Of a stretch of 64,000 bases of DNA, positions 37,989 to 48,269 are shown in pieces (position 1 is the first letter of the stretch; each line of letters starts with the position of its first letter). The stretch comes from a virus, in IMG/VR virus record IMGVR_UViG_3300046012_000806, positions 6,385-70,384 of that record. One strand, given 5' to 3'. Under the pieces are notes generated by a model that did not search any database, was not told the DNA's origin, and saw nothing but the letters and a program-made list of their open reading frames with translations. A program made the position numbers and the translations under genes.

Positions 37989-38492
37989 ATGAACAAGTCA
38001 TATCTCAAGGCCCTCGCATTCGTCGGACTGTTGGCGCAGCTTCATTCCGCCAAAGCGGACGATGTGACGGTCACAAACGGTTGGATCGTCTTGCACGGCA
38101 GGGACCGCGCGGCCATTTACTATCTCCGCAAGGATCAGGTGGAGAGCGTAACAACGCAGTGGGAGAAATATTGCGGCGCCAACACCGTGTGCATCTCCGT
38201 GCCAACAACAGTGACCACCAAGAGCGGAAAAGAATTGGCGGTGAGCGACGACGCTGCGTCCATCTTGAAGCAGATAAAAGCGGGAGTAGTTCCCAGTTAC
38301 GACCCAAGTCTTTATAGCGGCCATTGCAGCGGCTTTTACATCACGTCACCACCTATCACTTACACTTGCATCGGACCGCCCGGTGCCGGCGCTTACAACA
38401 GTCTATTGCCAGGCGTTAAGGCTGGCCGCGATTACAACACCCTATTGCCAGGTTGTATTGGCTGTGTGCTAGGTTACAAGGAAAACCCATGA
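37989..38492 (+). CDS. Exported Cys-containing protein
   Basis: Signal MNKSYLKALAFVGLLAQLHSAKA; AAGGA RBS. Confidence 0.5.
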   Translation: MNKSYLKALAFVGLLAQLHSAKADDVTVTNGWIVLHGRDRAAIYYLRKDQVESVTTQWEKYCGANTVCISVPTTVTTKSGKELAVSDDAASILKQIKAGVVPSYDPSLYSGHCSGFYITSPPITYTCIGPPGAGAYNSLLPGVKAGRDYNTLLPGCIGCVLGYKENP

Positions 38493-39118
38493 GCAGCAAT
38501 TTCGCAATGGTGATCGGTTTAGCCGGGAGCTTCGGCTTACTATTGGTCGCCTGGGGGTGCAGCCGAAAATCGGCTTCGTGGCAAATCATCGGCTTCGCCT
38601 TCGTCATCGGCACGGTAGTGGCGCTCTTCCTTGGCTTGGTGGCAAAGCTTAGCGAAGAAAGCGCAACAATCTACAGCCCATACGACAACGTCGCCCGTGG
38701 CGACGGCGCGTTGGCGAAAAGCTACGGTGTGAATAACATCATCGCCATAGGCGACGGCGCATTAACGAATCTTGAAGACGGGGCGCGCGACATCGCCATC
38801 GGCCGCAAGGCTTGTATCTCGCTCAAGCATGGCGACGAAAACATCTGCATCGGTGACAACACCGACGTCCCGCAGGCGACGATCAGCGGGTTCACCAACT
38901 TCCGCAACACAGTCTGCTTCACGCGGCTGGATCGTGAACCCGTTCTGACTCTGTGCCCCGGCCAGCATACATTGCCCGACAAAACGATTGCGGGAATGGT
39001 GCGCGAAGCCGTCGAAAGCACGCGGCGCATTGAAGCCCCAAAGCCGATCGTCGGCGGCGAGCAAAATACTTGTTTCGGACCGCCAGGCTACTGCGATACA
39101 AAAGAGGAAGACAAATGA
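38489..39118 (+). CDS. Membrane protein with YadA-type repeats
   Basis: Two TM segments, then ARGDGAL/AIGDGAL/AIGRKAC/CIGDNT repeats. Confidence 0.55.
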   Translation: MSSNFAMVIGLAGSFGLLLVAWGCSRKSASWQIIGFAFVIGTVVALFLGLVAKLSEESATIYSPYDNVARGDGALAKSYGVNNIIAIGDGALTNLEDGARDIAIGRKACISLKHGDENICIGDNTDVPQATISGFTNFRNTVCFTRLDREPVLTLCPGQHTLPDKTIAGMVREAVESTRRIEAPKPIVGGEQNTCFGPPGYCDTKEEDK

Positions 39119-39534
39119 CCATCAACGCAATCTTGCGCGGCGCGAACGTGTTCATCCCGGACGCCGCGCCGGAACTGACCGGAATCGTCTTGACCGTCAG
39201 AATGTGGAACACCGCCGAACCCACATTCGTCGTCGATTTTAGTTTGACGATTGAGGTTGAAGGCCATCAGCCCGTCAAGGCTCAACTGACCGATATGCCT
39301 GAAACTCTGCGGCTGAACGGCGAGTCGTCAACCGTTCTGACGGCCGGCATGTCGCTCGAAAGAAAATCCGCTGCGACGCCGCTCGGAGCCGCGCCCATGG
39401 ACGGTACGTTGTTGTTCTACGCGAAGATCAAAAAGGCAGACGTTCTCAGGCCGTCAACGGTTCTCAAGATGACGATCTTGGACGGCAACAACCAGAAGCA
39501 TATCGTTGCTCACGAAGTGAAGGACTGGCTATGA
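39115..39534 (+). CDS. Hypothetical protein
   Basis: GAGGA RBS, ATGA overlap. Confidence 0.5.
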   Translation: MTINAILRGANVFIPDAAPELTGIVLTVRMWNTAEPTFVVDFSLTIEVEGHQPVKAQLTDMPETLRLNGESSTVLTAGMSLERKSAATPLGAAPMDGTLLFYAKIKKADVLRPSTVLKMTILDGNNQKHIVAHEVKDWL

Positions 39535-39661
39535 TCAACCACAGCGACGACGACATCTTGTTCATGGAAACGAAGTGGCCTTGCTACGGGGCGCATAATG
39601 ACGGGAAGCGCGCCACTTCACTCTGGCGTCGGGGCCGCGCAGCGTTGGCCGATATTTTCAC

Positions 39662-39690
39662 TTTCTTTTTTCGCCGCGCCGAGGGATAAT
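39662..39690 (+). promoter_or_regulatory. Phage promoter
   Basis: TTTCTT-N17-GATAAT. Confidence 0.65.
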
Positions 39691-40131
39691 CTCCTTGCAG
39701 CCTTTAACAGCGCCAGCGCGAAAAGGAGGAAGCTATGAATTGAGGAGAGGCCAAAACCTTTCCGGCACGACGGGCAGGCGCAACACTGCCCGTCGCTTCC
39801 CATCATCAAATAAAAGGAGCTTAAAAGTGTTCAACAAAAAAGCCTGCAATTGCGACAAATTCGGCCGTTCTTATGCGCGGCTGAAAACGCTCAAATTCGG
39901 TGACACCGTTCAAGTTGACGAAGGCTTCACATGCTTACCGGCCGGCGCGATGCGCGTCGTCCTGGAAGACAAGTTCGGCTTATTCATCCTTTGCAGCGGC
40001 GAAGCCGAAGCATCCTCAGCAGCCTTTGAGAAGCATTATCTGGACGGCCAAGCGTCATTTGAGATGAGTGGCTGGAAAGTCGTTCGAATGTTTCAAAACC
40101 CGCCATTGATCGGCATTTATCCGGTGCTCTC

Positions 40132-40560
40132 TTGAAATGCCCTTGCTGCGCCGGCCAAGGCCGGCTTTTCTCAGCAGGAGAACTGCCCGGCCTTTTCATT
40201 CAAAGGGTCCGCCTCGCCAAAGGCCTGAGCTTGAAGCGCTTGTCTCGGCTGACCGGCATCCATTACACCTCAATCTCTCAGATTGAGAACGGAAAAGAAA
40301 ATGCAGGCCCTGAACGCTTGCGGCGCATCGCCGAAGCGCTCGAAATCCCGGAGGACGAACTTGCCTCCGGCGAACTGCCGGGGCGTCGCCTGTGGCGCAT
40401 GCGCGTAATGGCCCGCCACAGCCAGAGCGAAGCCGCTCAAGCCTTAAACCTGGCCAGAGAGACCGTCAGCGCCCTGGAGAATGGCCGCAAGGCCGTGACG
40501 AATTACTACTCGGCAATTTACGCAAGAACCTACGGCTCACATTCCGCCCAGCATTCTTAG
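40132..40560 (+). CDS. XRE-family regulator with two HTH domains and CxxCxGxG
   Basis: GLSLKRLS..ISQIENG; SQSEAAQAL..VSALENG. Confidence 0.75.
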   Translation: MKCPCCAGQGRLFSAGELPGLFIQRVRLAKGLSLKRLSRLTGIHYTSISQIENGKENAGPERLRRIAEALEIPEDELASGELPGRRLWRMRVMARHSQSEAAQALNLARETVSALENGRKAVTNYYSAIYARTYGSHSAQHS

Positions 40561-42795
40561 ATCGAGTGGCTTGCGGCGTTCTTCCATCATCAGCCTCTCG
40601 CCCCCTATGTCGCCTGGGCTCTTTTCGGCCAAGCCGCGTTCAAGCGCGATGACTCTTGAGCCGAAGGTGCTCGGACCCCAGAGTTTGACCTGCGCCTTGG
40701 TCTCGCCAATGAACCAGCCGCAAGCCTTCGCCACGCCCCGCACCGTGGCCGGCCGCTCCAGCTTATCATTGTGGCGACCGTCGTAAAGCGTGTCCTTTAT
40801 CAATTCAACCATCTCAAGGTCCGTGGTGAAGGCATCCGCCTTCTTCATTCTCCCGCTTTCCACAAGCTCCTTGATTGTGTCTAGCGTTCGGACGACCAAG
40901 TTCTGGCCGGGCGAGTAATTCTCTTCCACGATCGTCCGCTTCAGCGCTGTCCAAGGCGCAACGGCCCCGCGCTGAACAGCACCGTGTTTTTTCACGAACT
41001 CTCCGGCCCAGAATTTAATCATCTGTAAGCCGCCTTCAAAACTCAGCCAGGTGTTGAACTGTTCCCAGAATTTTGCCGGCCTGACTTCCTCGCTCAGTTT
41101 CGGCACGAGCCAGCGGCGATCGTCCATGGAGAGCTTGATAGCGCGCAGGGAGTTTGAGCAAGCGAATACGTGCACCCAGTTTTCCATTTCATAGTTGGGT
41201 TGGTATTTCTTTTGCACCGTGACGTTCTTGTCGGTGATTATGCTCTTCAGGCGATTGTAGGCTTTTGAGCTTTGTCCTTGGTAAATTTCATGGACCACGG
41301 CCAACCGCTTATGCGCAAGCCAGTAATTGAAATTGCTGTCCACGATCTCCTGTTCGGAAGGGTAAGACACATTCAATTCTCCGATCAACGGCGCCAGTAT
41401 GCGTTCGCCGAGGGTGCCTTTCCCTATGCCTTGGGCTTCCGAGATGAGTAGCACGCCGTAAAGCATCCTGATGTCAGGCCGCGCGATGAGCGTTGCGCAC
41501 CACCGCAAAATCTCTTCTCGGTCGCCTTCGTCTGGGATCATCGTCTCCATGAAATCCAGCCAAGGCGTTACGTCGCCTTTCTCCGCCACAACGGTTGAAG
41601 GGGCGAAGGTGTTGATGTACATGCCGCTCTTCGACCCGGCATAAATCCCTGGCGGATCGCTGGGGATATATTTGATCACGGCAGCTTTTGAGCCGAACGC
41701 CTTCTTGAGCAAGCGCCCCGTGTCGTCCACATGGGAGAATGGGGAAACGCGACTATTGAACTCCCCAAGAGTTAAGAGCCGGTTCGGCCATTCGCGATGC
41801 ACAAACACTTCGGGAGTGATGCAATGCAGCCACTCTTCCGCGAACTCAGAACGCAGCACCGTTGTTGAGCGGCCCTTTTTCCCGTCCTCCGGAGGGATCA
41901 CCTCCGTCGCCAACGTGGCTGGCTCCAATAAGTCCGCGAGGCAAGGCCCTATGTAGCGGCCCTTTTGAAATAACTCCACCGGCATTTTGTCGGCCATGTC
42001 CCAGGACGGCGGAAAACGCTTCCCGAACAATATGCCCTTGAGCGACTTTCCCCAACCCTTGGAAACCTTTTGCAAAGCCGAAGTGCCGGGCGCATCGTTG
42101 TCACAGACGTAAACGACCTCTGTCGGCGATTCGCGGCGCAATTCCTCGTAGTCGGAGCGGTGAGGCGCGAGCGCCCCGCCGATCATGCCCCAGTGCTCAT
42201 AGCCGGCAAGCTCCTCGCGCCAAGGATGGTCGGGCTCAATGACTCCGGTGGCGATTTTTTCGGCATAGTCAGCGGCCTTCGCGCCTTCATGAATCATGAT
42301 GCGGGCGCTGCGGCTCTCTCTCGGTTTGAAGAACGGCAGGTCGCCTTCTGGCTCCATGGCGACCCAATCGCCGGAAGAGAGAAAGACCCATGGGATATAA
42401 TTCTTCAGGCCGTTGGCGCTCATGCGCCGTTCCTGCACCATGGTGATTTCGCCGTTGCGCCGGTCGGTGAAAGAATAGATCTCGCCCTTGACCAGCCGCT
42501 TCAGGCCGTCTGTTGTTTTGGCGGTTATGGTTTTCGGGAACTCAACGCCCTTGAGATCTTCCATCATCATCTCAGCTTCTGAGTCCGTGGGCGCGAACTC
42601 CTTAACAGAAGAGGAGACGGTTCCGTCCGCGTTGATCTTAATCAGCGCGCGTTCAATGTAGTAACTGCCCTTGTGGATCTTCACCATGGCCCGGCGGAAA
42701 TGTAACACCTCCGCGCCAATGCGTTCAAAATAACTCAACACAGACTTCGGATGCTTGAATGCTTTCGTGGTGGCCACGCGGTTCTCCGCCCCCAT
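40537..42795 (-). CDS. Primase-helicase (Toprim-like domain + SF3/DUF5906-type NTPase)
   Basis: IHEGAK, CDNDAPG, QGIGKGT Walker A, VVHE, CSN, DDRR; start at ATG 42795 or GTG 42777. Confidence 0.8.
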   Translation of the reverse strand: MGAENRVATTKAFKHPKSVLSYFERIGAEVLHFRRAMVKIHKGSYYIERALIKINADGTVSSSVKEFAPTDSEAEMMMEDLKGVEFPKTITAKTTDGLKRLVKGEIYSFTDRRNGEITMVQERRMSANGLKNYIPWVFLSSGDWVAMEPEGDLPFFKPRESRSARIMIHEGAKAADYAEKIATGVIEPDHPWREELAGYEHWGMIGGALAPHRSDYEELRRESPTEVVYVCDNDAPGTSALQKVSKGWGKSLKGILFGKRFPPSWDMADKMPVELFQKGRYIGPCLADLLEPATLATEVIPPEDGKKGRSTTVLRSEFAEEWLHCITPEVFVHREWPNRLLTLGEFNSRVSPFSHVDDTGRLLKKAFGSKAAVIKYIPSDPPGIYAGSKSGMYINTFAPSTVVAEKGDVTPWLDFMETMIPDEGDREEILRWCATLIARPDIRMLYGVLLISEAQGIGKGTLGERILAPLIGELNVSYPSEQEIVDSNFNYWLAHKRLAVVHEIYQGQSSKAYNRLKSIITDKNVTVQKKYQPNYEMENWVHVFACSNSLRAIKLSMDDRRWLVPKLSEEVRPAKFWEQFNTWLSFEGGLQMIKFWAGEFVKKHGAVQRGAVAPWTALKRTIVEENYSPGQNLVVRTLDTIKELVESGRMKKADAFTTDLEMVELIKDTLYDGRHNDKLERPATVRGVAKACGWFIGETKAQVKLWGPSTFGSRVIALERGLAEKSPGDIGGERLMMEERRKPLDLRMLGGM

Positions 42796-42829
42796 GATCG
42801 TCCAAAACCATTTCTTGGACGAATCCGCT

Positions 42830-42920
42830 ATTCTTCCTCTTTTTATAAACGAAAGAAAATTGATTATTTTTGTGACCACCAATAAAAACAGTTTTCTTTT
42901 TCTAATTTTCAAGGCAGACT
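42830..42920. promoter_or_regulatory. Divergent pair of phage promoters
   Basis: Minus strand TTTCTT-N17-AAGAAT (42858-42830); plus strand TTTCTT-N16-CAGACT (42893-42920). Confidence 0.55.
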
Positions 42921-42945
42921 CGTAACTCCATCAAGGAGCGCAATC

Positions 42946-43599
42946 GTGAAACCTTCAAAAAAACCGCCAAGTGGACCGTCGGCCGCGTTGCTGGCTGCTA
43001 TAGAAGCCGCCCCAGAGCGCGTGCGCGATGCCGGCCAGTTTGAAAAACTCAAGAGCGAGATCGGCATTTTTCGCGACTTGAAGTTTGAAAAGAATCATCT
43101 TGAGGAGCGCCTCAAAGAGATCAACAAAAAGCTGGAGGAATACAAGTTCAAGAACCTGCCGGAACTGATGGACAATCTCGGCGTGGCAGCGCAAACGCTT
43201 GAAGCGGCAGGCAATCTTCCGCGCGGCGAAATTGAAGTGAAGCCTTATTACCGCGCCAACATTCCGGCCGACTGGGACCCGGAAAAGCGCGCAGAGAGCT
43301 TCAGTTACCTCGACGCCATCGGCGAAGGCGAACTCATCAAGACTGAAGTGGTGGTGAGCTTTCCTCGCGAGGCCCGTAAAAAAGCGCTTGACTACATGAA
43401 GCGCGTTGAGAAGGCCGGCTTCGCGCCAATCGTCAAGGAGGCCGTGCACCACGGCACATTGACATCATGGCTTAAATTCATCATGGAAAGCCCCACGCCG
43501 TTCATGGTCGAGCGCGGCGGCAAAAAGGAAAAGCTTGATCTTGAAAAGATCGGCGGAACCGTTGGCCGTATAGCGGACTTCAAGGAGAAATTGAAGTGA
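42946..43599 (+). CDS. Conserved phage replication-module protein
   Basis: Coiled coil, LPELM, GELIK, VHHGTL; AAGGAG RBS. Confidence 0.55.
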   Translation: MKPSKKPPSGPSAALLAAIEAAPERVRDAGQFEKLKSEIGIFRDLKFEKNHLEERLKEINKKLEEYKFKNLPELMDNLGVAAQTLEAAGNLPRGEIEVKPYYRANIPADWDPEKRAESFSYLDAIGEGELIKTEVVVSFPREARKKALDYMKRVEKAGFAPIVKEAVHHGTLTSWLKFIMESPTPFMVERGGKKEKLDLEKIGGTVGRIADFKEKLK

Positions 43600-43886
43600 A
43601 GACGTATCCGATCGGGCCGATCACGGCCCCGTTCGTCGTGCTCTTCGTCAAGCAAGGCCGCAAGCGGCTCGCCCGGCACCTCGCGCAAGCGAAAAAGACC
43701 TTCCCGAACGGCCGACGATTCGTCCCGAAGGCCGCGCAAATCCCGGTGAAGCTTGAAGGATTCATCTACGATGCGCGTTCTGTTGACGACGGCGAAATCC
43801 AGGAGTTTTGTTTGCGCGTCACGCGCGTCAGCATGAGGGAAGTCAAGCCCATTGCTATGAAGGTCGAAAAAATCGCTTTCGACTGA
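43596..43886 (+). CDS. Hypothetical protein
   Basis: GTGA overlap. Confidence 0.45.
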   Translation: MKTYPIGPITAPFVVLFVKQGRKRLARHLAQAKKTFPNGRRFVPKAAQIPVKLEGFIYDARSVDDGEIQEFCLRVTRVSMREVKPIAMKVEKIAFD

Positions 43887-43950
43887 GCTTTTGAAAAGCG
43901 CGGATGATGAGGCGCTGAAAAACAAACTCATCTGAGAGGAGCGAAGACCA

Positions 43951-44829
43951 ATGGCGAAAGTTGCATTGAACACAAAAGGCAAGGCCGCGCCCCCGGCCCG
44001 GCCCCCGGAAGACGAAAAGCCGAAAGCCGGCGCGTTGGTGAAGGGCGGCGGCGCAGTCGGCGCGTTGCCGGCGCATCTCGCTGAGATGATGGAAAAGGAT
44101 GCCGAGAAAGGCGTCAGCAAGCTGGCCGAAGACAACATCGTCCCGCTGATTTATATCCTTCAGTCCAACAGCCCCACGGTGAATGAGCGGCGCCCCGAAT
44201 ACATAAAAGGCGCCAAGCCTGGCATGATCTGGCTGCGCAACGCGCCGTCACCGCTGGTGGACGGGGAAACCGGCTTCGTCTTTCAGGCCTGCTATGCCTA
44301 CAAGGACTGGGTTGAGTGGCGGCCGAACCGGCAAGGCTACGCCGGCCGGCACGACAAGCTTCCGGAGGAAGCTGAAGAGGTTGAGTTCACCACGGACAGC
44401 GGCAAAAAGAAGAAGCGCTGGGTTCTGCCCAATGGCAATGTCGTCGTTGAAACGCGCTACCGCGTCGGCTTCGTCATGGACGACGAGCTCAGGAACGGCA
44501 TGCCCTACGTCATTCCGTTCTCGTCTTCCGGCCACACGGTCGCCAAGACCTGGAACACCATGGCAGCGCAAAAAATGCTGCCGAGCAAGAAGACTGCGGC
44601 GTTGTTCGCCTATTATTACCGGCTCACTCTGCGCGAAAAAAGCAATGCGGACGGCACATGGTTCGTGTTTGACGTGACGGACGAAGGGTGGGTCTCGGAC
44701 GCTGAAGGCTACAACCGTGGCCTGGCGCTTCACAACGCCTTCGCTTCGGGGGCCAAGGTGGCTGAGAACATGGCCCCTGACGAGGACGATGAAGACGACG
44801 CCGGAGACGACCCCAACAAAAGAATGTGA
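43951..44829 (+). CDS. Putative ssDNA-binding protein
   Basis: IVPLIYILQSNSP, WVEW, aromatic beta core, acidic tail DEDDEDDAGDD. Confidence 0.6.
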   Translation: MAKVALNTKGKAAPPARPPEDEKPKAGALVKGGGAVGALPAHLAEMMEKDAEKGVSKLAEDNIVPLIYILQSNSPTVNERRPEYIKGAKPGMIWLRNAPSPLVDGETGFVFQACYAYKDWVEWRPNRQGYAGRHDKLPEEAEEVEFTTDSGKKKKRWVLPNGNVVVETRYRVGFVMDDELRNGMPYVIPFSSSGHTVAKTWNTMAAQKMLPSKKTAALFAYYYRLTLREKSNADGTWFVFDVTDEGWVSDAEGYNRGLALHNAFASGAKVAENMAPDEDDEDDAGDDPNKRM

Positions 44830-44965
44830 CGCTTTTCTCACCTGCCGCGCTCAACCCGGCAAGTGAGGACAGAGAGCGGTGGGTTGGTTCGGCGCTCCTG
44901 AACCGGCCCCGCAAGCGGGAGTGATGGCCCGGCCGCTTTTCATTCATGCCAAGAGAACGGGAGCG

Positions 44966-45889
44966 ATGGAACCCAAAATGATTAAGATCGTGGGCGCAGG
45001 AATGGCCGGCTTGTTGGCGGCAAATCTTCTCTCGAAGCGCGGCCCGACTGTTATCGAGGCCCAGCCAAAAGTCCCCAATAACCATTCGGCAGTGCTGCGG
45101 TTCCGCTCGTCCATTGTCGGCGACTCCCTCGGCATTCCGTTCCGCAAGGTGCAGATGATCAAGGCGGCGTTGCCTTGGAAAAATCCAGTTGCGGACGCCT
45201 TGGCTTATTCATTCAAGAACACCGGCGTCAGCCGCTCTGACAGGTCTATCATATCCGGCTTAACAGTCGCCGAACGCTTCATCGCGCCCCATGATCTCAT
45301 TCCCCGTATGGTCGCTGGGGCCGCGCCGACGACGGCCTTTCAGTTCAATGAAGAGTTTGCGTTCACTGCCGGATGGCCGGTTATTTCCACAATCCCGATG
45401 CCGGCGCTGATGAAGCTGCTGGGCTATGAATGCGACCAAAATATATTTCAGGCCAGTTCAGGCATCAACTTTCGTGCCAGGATTGCCGGGTGCGATGCTT
45501 ACGTTTCGCTGATGATTCCGGATCCATGGAGCGACGTTTACCGGATTTCAGTGACTGGCGATGAGCTGATTGTTGAATGCGTCGCAGCAGGAGGCTCGAA
45601 TGAGCTATATATCGGCTCCATTGTCGAGGAGTATTTAGGCATAAGCAGCAGCCGTATCTTGGACGTTCAGGCTCACCGCATGCAGTATGCCAAGATACTG
45701 CCGATCGATGAAGCTGTCCGCAAGGACTTCCTGTTTTGGGCGACGGACAAGTTCAATGTGTTTTCGCTCGGGAGGTTCGCAACTTGGCGGCCAGACTTGC
45801 TGATGGACGATCTCGTGAACGACATTCGCAAAATTGACGGGTGGATCGATCGCGGCAACCGCTACAACGCCATGAGGAGCAGGTCATGA
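44966..45889 (+). CDS. FAD-dependent oxidoreductase (UDP-galactopyranose mutase-like fold)
   Basis: IVGAGMAGLLAA Rossmann motif; C-terminal SLGRFATWR..MDD. Confidence 0.7.
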   Translation: MEPKMIKIVGAGMAGLLAANLLSKRGPTVIEAQPKVPNNHSAVLRFRSSIVGDSLGIPFRKVQMIKAALPWKNPVADALAYSFKNTGVSRSDRSIISGLTVAERFIAPHDLIPRMVAGAAPTTAFQFNEEFAFTAGWPVISTIPMPALMKLLGYECDQNIFQASSGINFRARIAGCDAYVSLMIPDPWSDVYRISVTGDELIVECVAAGGSNELYIGSIVEEYLGISSSRILDVQAHRMQYAKILPIDEAVRKDFLFWATDKFNVFSLGRFATWRPDLLMDDLVNDIRKIDGWIDRGNRYNAMRSRS

Positions 45890-46077
45890 GCGAACGTCTC
45901 ATAGACTTAACCCTCGTCGAGAAGCGCCGGACAGCGGATGCCATCCTGGTGACCGACGCGGAAAGGTCCGTTTGGCTTCCGCTTTCGCAAATTGAGATCA
46001 ATGAGGCGCACCCGAAGACGAACGTCATCGAAATTACCTTGCCGGAATGGCTGGCGAAGAAGCGTGAATTGATTTGA
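45886..46077 (+). CDS. Small conserved phage protein
   Basis: VWLPLSQIE..ITLPEWLA. Confidence 0.55.
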   Translation: MSERLIDLTLVEKRRTADAILVTDAERSVWLPLSQIEINEAHPKTNVIEITLPEWLAKKRELI

Positions 46078-46181
46078 AAGGAAAGCGCCAGAAGACGCGC
46101 CCGGCCGTAATCTAGCGACAGGGCTTGGGAGGCGCTGGGCCGTAAGCCTCCCATGACCGACATCACAAAAAGGAGCGCAGC

Positions 46182-46934
46182 ATGCAAATTAGCTTGGTTG
46201 ACTTCACCGGCTCCGGCCATCCCGACCCGGCCGATTACGCGGCCACCGTTTTGCTGTTCACGAAGAACACGCGGCTGACCATGTCGCCGGGCTTGCGGGC
46301 GGAGATCGCGGCGTGGCCGGCAGAAAAAAAGCTTGAAGGCTTGGCGGCCATGGCCAAGACCATTCCAAGCTCCTGGGAGTTCGTTGATTACACGTTTCTG
46401 GTTGAAGGCGTGAGCCGAGGCTTCACCCATCAATTCGTGCGCTCAAGGCACATGTCCTTCGCGCAGCAGACCATGCGCGTGTTGAATGTTTCGGAAGGCG
46501 ACGCGCGCGGCTGGAAATTTTACACCGGTCCATCCGTCGTCAATGACGAGGTGCGATGGGCGCTTTACAATGAGGCCATGGACAGCGCTGACGAGTTCTA
46601 CAAGCTGCTGATCGAAACCGGCGCGGAAATAGAAGATGCGCGCGGCGTCTTGCCGACGAACATCAAGACCAACATCGTAGCGAAAATGAACATGCGCACG
46701 CTTGTTGAGCTTGTGCGCAAGCGGTCCTCAATCCGCGTGCAAGGGGAATACCGCGACGCGCTGTTGGCCCTGCGCACGGCGGCCACGGACGTTCACCCAT
46801 GGCTGACTATGTTCATCGCGACGGACGCCTTCAAGGCCAGCCAGGAGCTTGAGGCGCGCATCCTTGCGCTCGGTCTGCCCAAATCCGAGGCCATCGACCT
46901 CATCAAGCTCATAGACATCATGAGGACGCAATGA
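46182..46934 (+). CDS. thyX: ThyX-like flavin-dependent enzyme with altered motifs
   Basis: EGVSRGFTHQFVRSRHMSFAQQTMR, EDARGVLP, NMRTL, QGEYR. Confidence 0.8.
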   Translation: MQISLVDFTGSGHPDPADYAATVLLFTKNTRLTMSPGLRAEIAAWPAEKKLEGLAAMAKTIPSSWEFVDYTFLVEGVSRGFTHQFVRSRHMSFAQQTMRVLNVSEGDARGWKFYTGPSVVNDEVRWALYNEAMDSADEFYKLLIETGAEIEDARGVLPTNIKTNIVAKMNMRTLVELVRKRSSIRVQGEYRDALLALRTAATDVHPWLTMFIATDAFKASQELEARILALGLPKSEAIDLIKLIDIMRTQ

Positions 46935-47389
46935 ACCATCATCAACGGAACTGCGTCCTCATTGACATAGACCACAGCCTGAGCAACGCCTTTCATCGAG
47001 ACCCGATGATCGGAGTGAGCACATGGGACGAGTATCATGCGGCGTCTGGCGAAGATGCGCCGCTTCACGACACCGTGAAGCTCGTCAATGCGCTACGCTC
47101 TCATGGGTTCACGCTCATCGGTCTCACCGCCCGGCCAGAGAAGTGGCGCGGCCTCACGATGAATTGGTGCGTTGAGCACGGCATTGACCTGGACGAACTG
47201 CTGATGCGCCCGAATGAAGGGTTTCAGCCGGCCCCGGAGCTCAAGCTCATTTTGGCGAAAAAGCGGTTCGGCGATGAGCAAGGCTTACGCGACCATGTGG
47301 CCTTCATCATTGACGACCGCGAGGACGTTGTCGCCGCGTTCTGGGGGATAGGCGTCAGTTGCCTGCAAATCTTCGCGAGAAGGGATTGA
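46931..47389 (+). CDS. HAD phosphatase (T4 PNKP phosphatase-like)
   Basis: IDIDHS, LTARP, LMRP, K, IDDR. Confidence 0.8.
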   Translation: MNHHQRNCVLIDIDHSLSNAFHRDPMIGVSTWDEYHAASGEDAPLHDTVKLVNALRSHGFTLIGLTARPEKWRGLTMNWCVEHGIDLDELLMRPNEGFQPAPELKLILAKKRFGDEQGLRDHVAFIIDDREDVVAAFWGIGVSCLQIFARRD

Positions 47390-47431
47390 ATTTGCAGATG
47401 CGTTTTAATCGTAGAAAAGGAGCAGCAAGCC

Positions 47432-47887
47432 ATGAACTATAGCACAGCAATCTTCCTCGTCAATGACGACGTGCGCGCGGTCGGCGTAACCTACGAGCCT
47501 GGCGACCCGAACGAAAAGACCAAGGACTACAGTTTCAAAACTTTTGAAAAAAGTCTTGCGGTTGGGGATTATGTCGTCGTTCCGACCGGCACGCGCCACG
47601 GCATGACGGTCTGCCGCGTCAAAGAGATCAATGTCAACATCGATCTCAACTCCACCATCGAGTTCAAGTGGATCGTCGGCCGTGTGGACAAATCAGAATA
47701 TGATCGGATCATTGAGCTCGAAAAGAAAGTCATCGACGCCGTCAAGGTCGCTGACTTTGAGACCAAGCGCGATGAACTGCGGCGTGCCATGACGAACACG
47801 CGCATGAACGCGCTTAGGCATCTTGAGCTCACATCGATCAAGGAACCGGCTATCGCGCCGGCCGCCGACGAGAATCAGCCGAAATAA
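47432..47887 (+). CDS. Conserved hypothetical phage protein
   Basis: YSFK..GDYVVVP; strong RBS. Confidence 0.55.
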   Translation: MNYSTAIFLVNDDVRAVGVTYEPGDPNEKTKDYSFKTFEKSLAVGDYVVVPTGTRHGMTVCRVKEINVNIDLNSTIEFKWIVGRVDKSEYDRIIELEKKVIDAVKVADFETKRDELRRAMTNTRMNALRHLELTSIKEPAIAPAADENQPK

Positions 47888-48269
47888 GCCGTTCGGTTGT
47901 TTGTCCTGAGTGAACTCCCCTTTGCCTTCAGGATTTTCCGGAGCATCATTCAGGGAAGAAAGCATTCGCTTTCTTCTTTTAAGGATAGAATAGAAGCCCG
48001 CAAGACTGGGCGCGCAGTGAAAATTGGAAAGGCCGGTGCGCGTCCGGTCTGAAAGGCTCAAAAGGATTTAAGCCATGGCCTCTTGCCTCAGGTGCGGACA
48101 GGCGAAGCTTCCCAGAGACAAAGCCGGGCGTCGAAGATGCAAACGCTGCGGCGTCATGCCCAGCGCCAAATGCCTCGACAGAGGCGGCAACAGGAGCGAC
48201 CCGTTGCCTAAGCCGTTGCCGCCAGAGGCGGATGCATCGCTGATGGCATTTGAACAGGGCTGATTTCAT

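Noticed and set aside
43900-43935. ATGATGA...CTGA resembling a box C/D element or hammerhead
   Set aside because: No supporting stems or complete core; likely chance
47969-47998. Additional TTTCTT promoter copy
   Set aside because: No matching -10 at 16-17 nt spacing
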